Assembly (NCBI GenBank): GCA_016205145.1
Contig: JACQJH010000001.1
Coordinates: 420,001-452,000 of the forward strand
From: Candidatus Iainarchaeum sp.
Lineage (GTDB): Archaea; Iainarchaeota; Iainarchaeia; Iainarchaeales; JACQJH01
DNA length: 32,000 nt
Reading direction: 5' to 3'
Below are positions 1-8,536 of this stretch, one piece after another; within the stretch, counting starts at the first letter, position 1, and each line of letters starts with the position of its first letter. A model generated the notes under the pieces. It saw only the letters and a list, made by a program, of their open reading frames with translations. It did no database searches and was not told the DNA's origin. A program made the position numbers and the translations under genes.

Positions 1-104
1 AGTAAGCCTTTCATGAATTAAAATGATGTTTCGCCAGCACCCGCTTGCGGTTCCGATTTTTGTGCATGGAAAAGCTTTTTTACCGGTTAAACGTAATCTT
101 GTGC

Positions 105-833
105 ATGGCAAGAGAACCGCCACGACGGTCCAAGCAGCCTTGGCACAGAAAAGCCAGAAACTGGGTTGCGCTCGGCGTGGGGGCGCTTGGCTTTGGCTGG
201 TTTGGCACAAAAACCGCCGGCCCGAGACAGCCGGTTGCTCCGCAGGCCCAAACTGGCCAGGTTGCGCCGGGGCAACAATCTGCACGGTCCCGCAGGCCGG
301 CCCCGCGGCAACAGCCTGAACAGCCCCGCGGGCGTGCACCGCGATTTAGCCAAACGTTTGAGGCACCTTCAACTTCTGCTGAACCGGTCCGCCCGACAAT
401 ATCTTATCCTGCCGGATCTGCCATGGATAAGGCGCAGAAAAGCGAGTATGCGGCAAGCCTTGAAAAAGCCTTCAAGGGCACCAAGGCAAGCAAGCCGTTC
501 CGCGAGAATTTGATTGACATCTGCCATTTTGCTTACGGCACGGGAATCATGCCGGAGGATGCGGCCAAAGTCCTGCAATTCTGTGCAAAGCACAGCCTGC
601 GCCCGCTTGACTTTTTCTGGGCGGCGGAACACGCAACCGCGGGAACGCCCGCGGCAGTCAAGGTCCATTCATTTCTAAGCGGCCCCGAGCAAAAACGCCT
701 TGCCGACACCATAAAGCGAACTGAAGGCAGCGCAGCCAAAATCGATTCCCTGGTTAAAGGCGCACAGTACGAACGTGACCTGCAACGCTATATAGACGCG
801 CACGGCGGCAACCTGCCGGCCGACCCGGAATAA
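105..833 (+). CDS. hypothetical membrane-anchored protein (basic N-terminus, one TM helix, Pro/Gln/Arg-rich linker, C-terminal globular domain)
   Basis: ORF 45..833. The first ATG at 105 gives MAREPPRRSKQPWHRKARNW followed by hydrophobic VALGVGALGFGWFG. The low-complexity PQR linker is locally GC-rich. No family recognised by eye. Confidence 0.45.
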   Translation: MAREPPRRSKQPWHRKARNWVALGVGALGFGWFGTKTAGPRQPVAPQAQTGQVAPGQQSARSRRPAPRQQPEQPRGRAPRFSQTFEAPSTSAEPVRPTISYPAGSAMDKAQKSEYAASLEKAFKGTKASKPFRENLIDICHFAYGTGIMPEDAAKVLQFCAKHSLRPLDFFWAAEHATAGTPAAVKVHSFLSGPEQKRLADTIKRTEGSAAKIDSLVKGAQYERDLQRYIDAHGGNLPADPE

Positions 834-856
834 AACGGATAATTTGTAAACGTGCC

Positions 857-877
857 TGTTTTTGAAATCAAAAAAAG
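857..877. terminator. A/T-run palindrome between convergent 3' ends (candidate bidirectional terminator)
   Basis: TTTTTGA-aa-TCAAAAA palindrome (859..874) followed by more A. It presents a T-run on both strands and lies between the 3' end of CDS 105..833 (+) and the 3' end of the 5S rRNA (-). Confidence 0.3.
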
Positions 878-944
878 CGCAAGGCAGCGATTCGTAAATT
901 TGATTTTTGTTTTTCCAGCCTAATGGCTGGCTGGAGAAAAAAAT

Positions 945-1062
945 GATTAGCAGCGTTCAGGCGGCTCCAAGCAGAAGCCCAGCGCCAACCTTTTCCCTGC
1001 AGGTCTTAACTTCCGGGTTCGAAACGAGTCCGGGTGTTTCCCCTGCGGTATGGCCGCTAATC
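945..1062 (-). rRNA. rrf: 5S ribosomal RNA (118 nt)
   Basis: The reverse complement reads GATTAGCGGCCATACCGCAGGGGAAACACCCGGACTCGTTTCGAACCCGGAAGTTAAGACCTGCAGGG...GCCTGAACGCTGCTAATC. It contains the archaeal 5S core CCCGG..TTTCGAACCCGGAAGTTAAG. The 5' GATTAGCGGC pairs with the 3' GCTGCTAATC (helix I). A T7 run follows one nucleotide after the 3' end on the minus strand (A7 at 937..943). Confidence 0.88.
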
Positions 1063-1199
1063 ACAATCAATTGGATATTGAAAGGTTTAAAAAACTACTT
1101 TCGCCATTCGGCAGGCTCCGCCGGCCCAAACCCCTGCAGCATTTTTTTTGCATTTTGCAGGCCTTGCTTTTTTTTTGTCCGGGCGTTTGCTTTTTGCGG

Positions 1200-1757
1200 C
1201 TACTTTTTCTTTTTCCCCTTTGCCTTTCTGCCGAGAATCATTTCTTCCGCGACTTTCAGGCCTTTTCTCAGCAGGCTTTCCTTTTTCGCGCCAGCGCAGA
1301 TCATTTTTCCGTTCTTGAACAGGAGCAAAGTTATTTTCGGCTCGGCTATGCGCAGTATCGCGCCCGGGAATTGTTCCGGCTCGTATTCGACGTTGTCGAG
1401 GTTCATTGCAATGCTGAACAAGTCAAGGGTCTTGTCGAGGTTTGCCGTCGCAACCAGGTTCACGACCTGGTATTCGACTTTTCTCTGCACTTTTACGGAG
1501 GGCTGGATGTCGTGGATGAGCTTTGACGCTTTTTTTATCCCAAGTTCAATCTGCTCCTCGTTGCTTGCGCCTGAACAGATTATTTTTCCGTTCTTGAACA
1601 GGAGCATTGAAACCTTGGGCTCCTTCAATTTCAGTATCGCGCCCGGGAATTGTTCCGGCTCGTATTCGATGTTCGGAACCGTTACCGCCAAGTTGTACAA
1701 GTCAAGCGTCGCGTTAAGCGTTGCCGAAGCAACCAAGTTCACAATCTGATATTTCAT
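1200..1757 (-). CDS. tbp: TATA-box binding protein
   Basis: Two internal direct repeats are typical of TBP (QIVNLVASATL..EYEPEQFPGAILKL..LLFKNGKIICSGA and QVVNLVATANL..EYEPEQFPGAILRI..LLFKNGKMICAGA). The C-terminal tail is Lys-rich. Confidence 0.95.
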   Translation of the reverse strand: MKYQIVNLVASATLNATLDLYNLAVTVPNIEYEPEQFPGAILKLKEPKVSMLLFKNGKIICSGASNEEQIELGIKKASKLIHDIQPSVKVQRKVEYQVVNLVATANLDKTLDLFSIAMNLDNVEYEPEQFPGAILRIAEPKITLLLFKNGKMICAGAKKESLLRKGLKVAEEMILGRKAKGKKKK

Positions 1758-1770
1758 CCGTCCCAGACCC

Positions 1771-1828
1771 CCTTTAAAAAGGCTTGAACATTTAAAGCTT
1801 TAAAAGGGTTTAAAAAGGTATTTAAGCG
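1771..1828 (-). promoter_or_regulatory. A/T-rich promoter region with several TATA-like boxes upstream of tbp
   Basis: CCTTTAAAAAGG, TTTAAAGC, TTTAAAAGG and AAAGGTATTTAAG lie 15-70 nt upstream of the tbp ATG (1757). AAAGGTATTTAAG recurs at 12378..12390. Confidence 0.3.
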
Positions 1829-1884
1829 CGGGGCCTTTCACGGCATTGCGGATTATAATTTGGCCAAGCAAATAGCTGACTGGT

Positions 1885-2229
1885 TCAGTGGGCGAACGGA
1901 TTGTCTTCTATGGCCGGCTGCGGCACTGCCTGCTTTTTGCGTTCGCGGTGGAATCTTTCGTATGCCTTGAGGGTTTCCTCGCCGGTTTTGCCGCGCAGTA
2001 TCTTTGTTATCGTGTGCTTCGGCACGGCATTGGAGCCGAGAATGGAAGGCGAATAGTCAACAAGGACGATGTCTTTTTCCTTGATTTCCGAAACAAGCTT
2101 TTCGTCGACGGTCAGGGTTATGATGTTTTCGTCCCACATTTCCAGCAGCGCCTGCGTGCTGTAGTCTGCCGCAATCACGCTTTTGTCGTTTTTTCCGAGA
2201 ACCTTTACAACCGTTCCGACGTGAAACAT
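1885..2229 (-). CDS. hypothetical protein (114 aa)
   Basis: Clean ORF with ATG start in an otherwise empty slot. Composition resembles neighbouring genes. No family recognised. Confidence 0.5.
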   Translation of the reverse strand: MFHVGTVVKVLGKNDKSVIAADYSTQALLEMWDENIITLTVDEKLVSEIKEKDIVLVDYSPSILGSNAVPKHTITKILRGKTGEETLKAYERFHRERKKQAVPQPAIEDNPFAH

Positions 2230-2345
2230 TTTTTTTGCCTCCCCTGCTGAAACTCTTGCCCGCTTTGCTTTTTAAATCTTTTTACGGCTCTATTTGCTTA
2301 TTCGGGTAGTTTTCTCTATCCATACATGGTTTTTCTGGTGGTAAT

Positions 2346-2645
2346 GTGGTTAACAAGAAGGCAAAGGGCCAGCGCGCCAAGACGCGCGACAAGCTGAAGA
2401 ACAAGTCCGGTAAGACGTCAGTCAACAAGCTTTTGGCTGAGCTTCCCGTCGGCGGCAACGTGCAGATAATAATCGACTCTTCGCGGCATGAGGGAATGCC
2501 CCATCACAGGTATCATGGCCTGTCGGGCACGGTTTCAGGCAGGAAGGGAAGGGCTTACGTTATCGCTGTCAACAAGGGGAACAACCGCAAATCGGTCGTT
2601 ACGACGCCCGCGCATTTGAAGGTTATTTCCTCGAAGGTGAGATGA
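2346..2645 (+). CDS. rpl21e: 50S ribosomal protein L21e
   Basis: GTG start. KGQRAKTRDKL...MPHHRYHGLSGTV..GRAY is typical L21e. It heads the conserved L21e-Rpo4-DUF655-KsgA gene order. Confidence 0.9.
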   Translation: MVNKKAKGQRAKTRDKLKNKSGKTSVNKLLAELPVGGNVQIIIDSSRHEGMPHHRYHGLSGTVSGRKGRAYVIAVNKGNNRKSVVTTPAHLKVISSKVR

Positions 2646-2980
2646 TGCTTGGTGAAAAGATTATTGAGATGAAGCCGTTGTCCCTGCTGCAGGTAAGGGA
2701 ACTGCTTGAAGCGAGAAAAGGCGAGAAGGACCTGACTTACGAGCAGGACGTAACATTGAAGTATGCGAAGAAATTCGCAAAGCTTTCGCCGGCAAAGGCC
2801 GAAAAGCTTCTGGCTGAACTGAAGGAAGTGCCGTCAGTTGACGATGAGTTCGCAATAAAGATCTGCGACATCATGCCCGGCTCGAAGGAAGTTCTTGAAT
2901 TGCTTGTGCCGAAAGGCCTGAGTTTCGATGCAGCAAACTCCGGCAAGGTTTTGGAAATTGTCGCAAAATACGCAAAGTAG
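2642..2980 (+). CDS. rpoF: DNA-directed RNA polymerase subunit F (Rpo4)
   Basis: 112 aa, overlaps the L21e stop by 4 nt. AGGTGA Shine-Dalgarno-like motif upstream. Size, helical HRDC-like sequence and position after L21e all fit. Confidence 0.8.
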   Translation: MMLGEKIIEMKPLSLLQVRELLEARKGEKDLTYEQDVTLKYAKKFAKLSPAKAEKLLAELKEVPSVDDEFAIKICDIMPGSKEVLELLVPKGLSFDAANSGKVLEIVAKYAK

Positions 2981-3009
2981 GGTTTTTGGATTGATGGGCG
3001 GGTGGAACA

Positions 3010-3585
3010 ATGCCGAACGAGGACTATTCTATTGTTTTGGATTATTTGCCAAGAGGCAAGTCCACGGGCTACAGGGCGGAACCGCTTTGCCAGATCCTCG
3101 GCACGGAATTCTTCACTATCCTTGAGGCCGTGCCCAAGGCCGGCCTGAAAATCGGCGAAACCGTTTACGTGGGCAAGGATGAACGGCCCAAGATCGGCAT
3201 CATAAAGCGCAGGATCTCGTTTTCCGAGCTCACTTCCACTGCGCAGATTGAACTGCCGAAAGCCATCGAGAAAGTTGTTCTGGAAAACAGCGCCAAGTTC
3301 CTGTTCTTTTTCAATGATTCCGCTTCCCTTTCATTGAGGATGCACCAGCTTGAGCTTTTGCCGGGCCTTGGCAAGAAGCACATGCAGGAAGTGCTGTCGG
3401 AAAGGGAGAAGAAAAAGTTCGAGTCGTTCGCGGAAATAGCGCAGCGCATCCATCTGATGCCTGATCCCGTGAAGCTTTTGGTGCGGCGCATAATGCAGGA
3501 AATCCAGGGCGAGGGCGGCAAGCATTACCTGTTTGCGAGGCCGCCAGCCGACCCGGAGCAGAGAAGGTTCGGCGGCAGGGGCTGA
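3010..3585 (+). CDS. DUF655-family putative RNA-binding protein (OB fold + helix-hairpin-helix)
   Basis: N-terminus EDYSIVLDYLPRGK... and central LELLPGLGKKHMQEVL HhH-like motif. Canonical position between rpoF and ksgA in archaea. Confidence 0.8.
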   Translation: MPNEDYSIVLDYLPRGKSTGYRAEPLCQILGTEFFTILEAVPKAGLKIGETVYVGKDERPKIGIIKRRISFSELTSTAQIELPKAIEKVVLENSAKFLFFFNDSASLSLRMHQLELLPGLGKKHMQEVLSEREKKKFESFAEIAQRIHLMPDPVKLLVRRIMQEIQGEGGKHYLFARPPADPEQRRFGGRG

Positions 3586-3606
3586 TTCCCTTGTGCGCCC
3601 TGAGTG

Positions 3607-3718
3607 CTGTTGCCGCGGCAACGGTATTTATGCTTAGCAATTTACTCGGCGTATCACGCAGTGATACGCCTTGGTTTCGGACCCGGCGGACGAAATCGCC
3701 GCCGGACGAAATCGGCGG
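3607..3718 (+). repeat. structured intergenic repeat, copy 1 (TTACTC / covarying hairpin / TTGGTTTCG-N-ACCC / ACGAAA-loop hairpin, the last module duplicated)
   Basis: Hairpin 0 is CTGTTGCCG/CGGCAACGG (3607..3624). TTACTC is at 3642. Hairpin 1 is GGCGTATCAC-gca-GTGATACGCC, followed by TTGGTTTCGGACCC. Then come GGCGG-acgaaa-TCGCC and GCCGG-acgaaa-TCGGC. Confidence 0.85.
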
Positions 3719-3756
3719 TGGTCGGATTGCCGTTGTCTGAGGAACTGAACGCGCTC

Positions 3757-4548
3757 ATGGTGAAATACCGGTTCAGGCCGAGCAAGAAGATGGCCCAGCA
3801 TTTCATCATCGACGAAGCAGTTGTGCAATCGCTTGTCAGGCACGCCCGCCTGAAACCGGATGACAGGGTCCTGGAGATTGGCTGCGGCACGGGTTTTCTT
3901 ACGCGCGAACTGCTGAAGCAATGCCATGTCCTCGGAGTCGAGCTTGACGACGACCTGTTCGGGCTTCTTGAAAACGAACTGCCCAAGGAAAACCTTGAAT
4001 TGTTCCACGCGAATTTCCTTGAACTGAATGATTTGGATTACAACAAGGTCGTATCGCTGCCGCCTTACACCATTTCCGCTGCGATAATGTTCCGGATTTT
4101 TGCACACGGCTTCGACCGCGCTGTGCTCGTGTTCCAGAGGGAATTCTGCGAAAAGCTTTTGGCAGAGCCCGGTTTCAGGGAGTACAACGCCCTAAGCGTC
4201 CTGACGTCATACCATTGCTCGGCGAAACTCGCGGGCGACGTTTATTCGAATTCCTTTTTTCCGAACCCCAAGGCGGTTTCCTCGACAATCGTCCTTGAAC
4301 CGGAGAAAAGGTTCGGCTTGGCGAAGGATGAGGCGCTGTTCACGGAATTTTTGAGGGCGGTTTTCAGGTTCCCGAACAAGAATGTGGTGAATGCCCTGAG
4401 GTTTTCCGGCCCGTTCCTTGCGAAGGGCTTCGGCCTGGATGAAAAGGCTTTTGCGGAAAAGGCAAAGTCGTCAGGCCTGCCGGAAGAAAAAGTGAACCTG
4501 CTGGAATGCGAAGATTTTGTAGAAATCTTCAATGCGCTTGCGGAATAG
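3757..4548 (+). CDS. rsmA: 16S rRNA (adenine1518/1519-N6)-dimethyltransferase KsgA/Dim1
   Basis: RPSKKMAQHFIID, SAM motif VLEIGCGTGFLT and SLPPYTISAAI. The start is moved to ATG 3757 because the upstream part of ORF 3604.. reads through repeat copy 1. Confidence 0.9.
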   Translation: MVKYRFRPSKKMAQHFIIDEAVVQSLVRHARLKPDDRVLEIGCGTGFLTRELLKQCHVLGVELDDDLFGLLENELPKENLELFHANFLELNDLDYNKVVSLPPYTISAAIMFRIFAHGFDRAVLVFQREFCEKLLAEPGFREYNALSVLTSYHCSAKLAGDVYSNSFFPNPKAVSSTIVLEPEKRFGLAKDEALFTEFLRAVFRFPNKNVVNALRFSGPFLAKGFGLDEKAFAEKAKSSGLPEEKVNLLECEDFVEIFNALAE

Positions 4549-4557
4549 CTTTTTTTG

Positions 4558-4676
4558 ATGTGGCATGTCATCGCGCAACACCACATATTATGCAACTGCT
4601 TACTCGGCGTTCTGCAAAAAGCAGAACGCCTTGGTTTCGGTATGCGCGGTCGAAAACGCGCCCGGACGAAACCGGC
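4558..4676 (+). repeat. structured intergenic repeat, copy 2
   Basis: Hairpin 0 is ATGTGG..CCACAT (4558..4586). TTACTC is at 4600. Hairpin 1 is GGCGTTCTGC-aaaaa-GCAGAACGCC, followed by TTGGTTTCGG. Then come GCGCG-gtcgaaaa-CGCGC and CCGG-acgaaa-CCGG. The element fills the convergent ksgA/deoA spacer and abuts the deoA stop codon. Confidence 0.85.
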
Positions 4677-6214
4677 TAATCTATTTTCTGGATTATGATG
4701 CGCTGCATTTCGGTCATGCCGTCCGATTCCGCGAGCTTTGACGCCAAATCGAGCTTTCTCTTGTTTTCCGCGAAAATTTCAAACAGCTCGTCGCCTTTCC
4801 TGATTTTTGCGCCCTCTTCGACTTTGAGGACGAGGCCGGAAAGCCTGTCCGCGGGGCAGCCTGCCGTGCGTGCAACGCTGATGCATTTGCGCACGTTGAT
4901 TTTGCTTATCACGCCTGACTGGCTTGAAAAGAATTTTTTTGAGAATTTTGCCTTCGGGACTTTCGCTGACTCCGAAGCCTTTTCGCCCTGCGCCTTTATG
5001 ATTTCCCTCATTTTTTTGAGCGCCTTTCCGGACAAGAGGATTTGTTTTGCGTAATCGTATCCTTCGCCCTTTTTTTTCCTGCCGACCAGCTCGAACAATG
5101 CGCCTGCAAGCTCGCAGCTTTTCTGCGCCAAGTTGTCGAAAACTTTTCCTTCCAAAATCATGAGCGCGTGTTTGGCTTCGAGCGCGGGGCCGAAAGCCGG
5201 GCCGCTTGGCGTCGTGCCGTCGGTCAGGAGCACTTCGACTTTTATGCCAAGGCGCTTTCCAACTTCAATGAATTTCTGCGCCATGTCCTTCGCCTTGTCC
5301 ATGCTGCTGATTTTGACGTCCGGGCCGACGGGAAGGTCTATGACCACAAATTTGGCGCCGACGCTCGCCTTTTTCGCCATGACGCTTGCAATGACCTGTC
5401 CCTCCGGGTCCAATGACAGGGGATGCTCGACTTTGATGATTTTGTCGTCGACCGGCGCCAGGTCCAGGGCTCCGCCCCAGACAATCACGCCGCCCGTTTT
5501 TTCCGTAATGCCTGTAATCTGCTTTATGCTGAGGGAAACGTTTGCCAGCACTTCCATTGAATCGGCCGTGCCCGCGGCGCTCGTGATGCTCCTGCTCGAA
5601 GTTTTCGGCATGAACAGGCCGGCGGCCGCCATTATGGGCACGATTATCATTGTCGCCCTGCCGTTGACTCCGCCGATGCTGTGCTTGTCGATGATGGGCT
5701 TTTTCCTTATCTTCAATTGCACGCCGTCTTCCGTGAGCGCCTTTGTCATGGCCGCGGTTTCCTCCAAAGAATAGCCGTTTATGTATACTGCGGATACGAA
5801 TGCCGACAATTCTATGTCATCAATCTTGTTTTCGCCGACGTCTTTCACAATCTGCCTTATTTCCTGCGCGGATAGCTTTTCCCCGTCCAGTTTTTTCTTT
5901 ATGGCTTTCACGCTTTCCGGCCTTGGCACGGCTTTCACTTCAAGTGCCTGGCCCTGCCTTGCCCCGATTTTTTCCCAGACGTCCCTGAACATCCCGATTT
6001 CGTCTTCCTTGACCATGCTGTCCGTCGTGTCCACCAGCGCGGTAATGCGTTTCCCGTTTTTCGGGTTCTTGATTTCAACCCTGTCAAGCGGAAAAACGCC
6101 CAGCTCATTCGCATCAATCCCGTTCAGCACGGCTATGAGCTTTTGCGCGGTGATGTCGAAGTTTCTCGCCTTCAACTGCTGGACAAAGCCCGTCTGGGGC
6201 TGGGATTCAACCAT
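4676..6214 (-). CDS. deoA: AMP phosphorylase (archaeal thymidine-phosphorylase family, DeoA type)
   Basis: 512 aa with the extra N-terminal domain typical of archaeal AMP phosphorylases. Glycosyltransferase family 3 core (DKHSIGGVNGR.., TSSRSITSAAGTADSME) and a C-terminal PYNP domain. Confidence 0.8.
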   Translation of the reverse strand: MVESQPQTGFVQQLKARNFDITAQKLIAVLNGIDANELGVFPLDRVEIKNPKNGKRITALVDTTDSMVKEDEIGMFRDVWEKIGARQGQALEVKAVPRPESVKAIKKKLDGEKLSAQEIRQIVKDVGENKIDDIELSAFVSAVYINGYSLEETAAMTKALTEDGVQLKIRKKPIIDKHSIGGVNGRATMIIVPIMAAAGLFMPKTSSRSITSAAGTADSMEVLANVSLSIKQITGITEKTGGVIVWGGALDLAPVDDKIIKVEHPLSLDPEGQVIASVMAKKASVGAKFVVIDLPVGPDVKISSMDKAKDMAQKFIEVGKRLGIKVEVLLTDGTTPSGPAFGPALEAKHALMILEGKVFDNLAQKSCELAGALFELVGRKKKGEGYDYAKQILLSGKALKKMREIIKAQGEKASESAKVPKAKFSKKFFSSQSGVISKINVRKCISVARTAGCPADRLSGLVLKVEEGAKIRKGDELFEIFAENKRKLDLASKLAESDGMTEMQRIIIQKID

Positions 6215-6327
6215 TTTCGATCAGCTGAAACAAAAACGCCTTTCGTGTATTTAAAGTTTTATTGCGGAAACCGATTGGCTTTTTTTACCGAAAGATTTTT
6301 TTAATTGCCAGGCGTTCTATTCTCAGG

Positions 6328-7350
6328 ATGCCACGGTCTGGACAATCACGGCCTGCCAAGCCGTCGTATGCGCACTTTGTGTCGGTCGCCGACGCCCTGC
6401 ATGAGCTGAGGCGGCGCTTTGCCGAGTCCACGCCAAGCAGGGGCGTCGGTGCGCGTGAAATGCTGGAAGTAGTCCGGCGGCATAACCCGCATTTGTCGGA
6501 GGAAGATTTGCGGCGCGTCGAATTGAATGCGCGGTCAGCCGCGGATGCAAGGCGCAGGCTGCATGCGGTTGCCGGCGTGGAACCGAAAAGCCTTTTCAGC
6601 ATGGCTTTCGGCAAGCCTTTTCCCGCAAACATTCCCGAACAGGCCTTGCAGGTGAGGTTTTCGCCTTATTCTGTCAACTTCATCCTTGACTGCAGTAGCT
6701 TTGATTTCCGGGATTATCTTGGCGATTGGGAGCCATGGGTTCGCGGCTACAGCGCGCCCCGTGCCGCGACTTCTGCAATGGATGGATTAGTCAACGTGGT
6801 TTTTGCCGGTGGAAGGAACGTTTCAAGACACGAAACAAGGCATTCTTTCAACAGGCAGTCCGGCGTGGTCGGACCCCTGTCAGCCGCGCATGAAAAGCAC
6901 CTGCTGTTCCGAGGCGCGGATTCCAAGCTCCTGCGCTCTCTTGAACAGTTCATGAGGGACGAACTTGTGGCAAGAACCGTTGAAAGCGGCCCGTTCCGGT
7001 TCGGGCCGGCAACCTTTGACACTTACGTGAACAACTGTTTCGGCATTCCGTCCACGCCCAAAAAAATGAACAGTTTTGCGCAAAGAATGCTTCGCACAGA
7101 CTACCATTACGTGTCATCGGAAGAATCCTATGACTTGTTCCGCAGGCAATTTTTTCCGGAACAGCTTGCAACTGCGGAAAAGCTCCGCCCAACCATTGAA
7201 AAGGCGGTTGCGGCAATCGCCGAAGCGCAGGCAAAAGGCATTCCCCGGCAGGTTCTCGCAGACTTTGTCGCGATGGTTCCATTGCATTTGATGCCGAGAA
7301 GGCTGCCGAGAATCATTGAGGAATACAGGCGCGCGCATCCGCAGGAATAG
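6328..7350 (+). CDS. hypothetical protein with HExxH motif (putative zincin-like)
   Basis: ORF 6262..7350; the first ATG at 6328 is preferred over TTG at 6262. HETRH is at nt 6829..6843. The protein is Arg-rich and the gene looks GC-richer than its neighbours. No TM segment seen. Confidence 0.5.
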   Translation: MPRSGQSRPAKPSYAHFVSVADALHELRRRFAESTPSRGVGAREMLEVVRRHNPHLSEEDLRRVELNARSAADARRRLHAVAGVEPKSLFSMAFGKPFPANIPEQALQVRFSPYSVNFILDCSSFDFRDYLGDWEPWVRGYSAPRAATSAMDGLVNVVFAGGRNVSRHETRHSFNRQSGVVGPLSAAHEKHLLFRGADSKLLRSLEQFMRDELVARTVESGPFRFGPATFDTYVNNCFGIPSTPKKMNSFAQRMLRTDYHYVSSEESYDLFRRQFFPEQLATAEKLRPTIEKAVAAIAEAQAKGIPRQVLADFVAMVPLHLMPRRLPRIIEEYRRAHPQE

Positions 7351-7357
7351 GCTTTTT

Positions 7358-8062
7358 TCAGCGAAGTTCTTTCGCCAGTTCTTCCGCGGCTTTCTTCACG
7401 TCTTCGGCCTGGTAGATTGCCCTGCCTACAATCGCGTGCCATTTCTTTCCGGCTGCCTTTCCGGAATCAGTGATTTTTCCGCCTTGCGCGACAAGGCCGG
7501 GCGAGTAAAGCGTTGCGTCAACGCCTTTTGACTCAAACAGCTTTTTGTATTCAATGATTTTTTCCGGCTTGTTGCCGGGCACGACAAAGTCTTTCACGCC
7601 CAAGTCGCAGGCAATCTCGTACATGCGTTTCGGCGCCTCATCCGCCAGGAACCCGCCGTCTTTTTTCAGATATGCCTGGTGCGTCATTTCCCCGCCGACA
7701 ATCAGGCCCAAGCCCTCTTCCTGCACCGCCTTAATCCAGGCCGCCTCGGTTTCCGGCCCCGCCTGCGGAAACAAAATCACCGCGTCAACTCCGCTTTGCC
7801 TGCACGCCTGCGCGAACTTTTTTCCCGTTTCAGGAATGTCCGTCGCGGCTTTCTGGTGGTCGTAAATGACCGGCTTGTCCGACAACTGCCGGATTTCCTG
7901 CACGATTTTTTTAAGGCCGTACGGGATTGCAAGCTCGAACCCCACTTTGTATGCGCCCACGCCTTTCACGCCCGATGTCGCGGAAACGATTTCGTTCATG
8001 CGCGCAATGCCTTCGATGTCAAGCGCGGGGATTATCGATTTGTCCTGTTTTACAATGCCCAT
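7358..8062 (-). CDS. pyrF: orotidine 5'-phosphate decarboxylase
   Basis: PALDI, KVGFEL, DHQKAATDIPETG (the DxKxxDIPET motif), SPGLVAQGG and IVGRAIY match OMP decarboxylase signatures. Confidence 0.9.
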   Translation of the reverse strand: MGIVKQDKSIIPALDIEGIARMNEIVSATSGVKGVGAYKVGFELAIPYGLKKIVQEIRQLSDKPVIYDHQKAATDIPETGKKFAQACRQSGVDAVILFPQAGPETEAAWIKAVQEEGLGLIVGGEMTHQAYLKKDGGFLADEAPKRMYEIACDLGVKDFVVPGNKPEKIIEYKKLFESKGVDATLYSPGLVAQGGKITDSGKAAGKKWHAIVGRAIYQAEDVKKAAEELAKELR

Positions 8063-8116
8063 TCCACATCATCCTTTTTGTCTGACTTTTTTTCACAAGT
8101 TATCTGATTATTTTTT

Positions 8117-8521
8117 TTATTTTATTATGCCTTCCGCTCTCAATGCAGCCATCTCTCTTCGGATATTGTAGATTTCCATTGGCAGAATGCGCATTCCGTG
8201 TAGCCGGAGCGTTTCAGTTATCTCTTTATCGGAAATGCCGGGGTTTTCCAGGATAAGATTGCGCATGGCCGCGGCTTTGGTTCCAAGCCTTGAAAATCTT
8301 CGCCCCATATTTTTCCCCGGAACCTGCGGAGCGTTTTCCGGCTGACTGAACCCGTACGCATGCCTTGTAAAACTTACGTCCGACGGCTTTACTTGTGATC
8401 CGCGCGTATTTTCCGGTTTTAACATTTCTGCTATTTGCCGGTCGGTGTGCGTTCCGGCGTGTTGCAGTAGCGCCCGGTGGATTCTGTGCCCTTTTGTCCC
8501 TTCGCTTGGCGGTTTTCTCAT
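8117..8521 (-). CDS. hypothetical protein with two HTH-like repeats (putative DNA-binding)
   Basis: 134 aa. Two similar segments (IHRALLQHAGTHTDRQIAEML and MRNLILENPGISDKEITETL) resemble helix-turn-helix units. The gene is inserted between pyrF and pyrE. Confidence 0.4.
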   Translation of the reverse strand: MRKPPSEGTKGHRIHRALLQHAGTHTDRQIAEMLKPENTRGSQVKPSDVSFTRHAYGFSQPENAPQVPGKNMGRRFSRLGTKAAAMRNLILENPGISDKEITETLRLHGMRILPMEIYNIRREMAALRAEGIIK

Positions 8522-8536
8522 GCTGTTCGGTTCCCC

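Noticed and set aside
1-44. Possible start of a minus-strand gene running off the left edge (CAT at 12..14)
   Set aside because: Only four codons are visible, so it cannot be supported.
907-1749. 280-aa plus-strand ORF
   Set aside because: It runs antisense through the 5S rRNA gene and the whole TBP gene. The product is a low-complexity Phe/Ser-rich sequence. TBP on the opposite strand is unambiguous.
3604-3756. N-terminal extension of the KsgA ORF, plus the recurring peptide YSAY..AI.LGF.P.GRNRR seen in ORFs 3604.., 16545..16868(-), 21568..21924 and 30450..30728
   Set aside because: The shared peptide is simply the repeat element translated. The copies fall in different frames and contexts, one of them inside a tRNA intron. 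KsgA homology only begins at the ATG at 3757.
5133-5774. 213-aa plus-strand ORF, and other ORFs inside 4676..6214
   Set aside because: They are antisense to the well-supported AMP phosphorylase gene.
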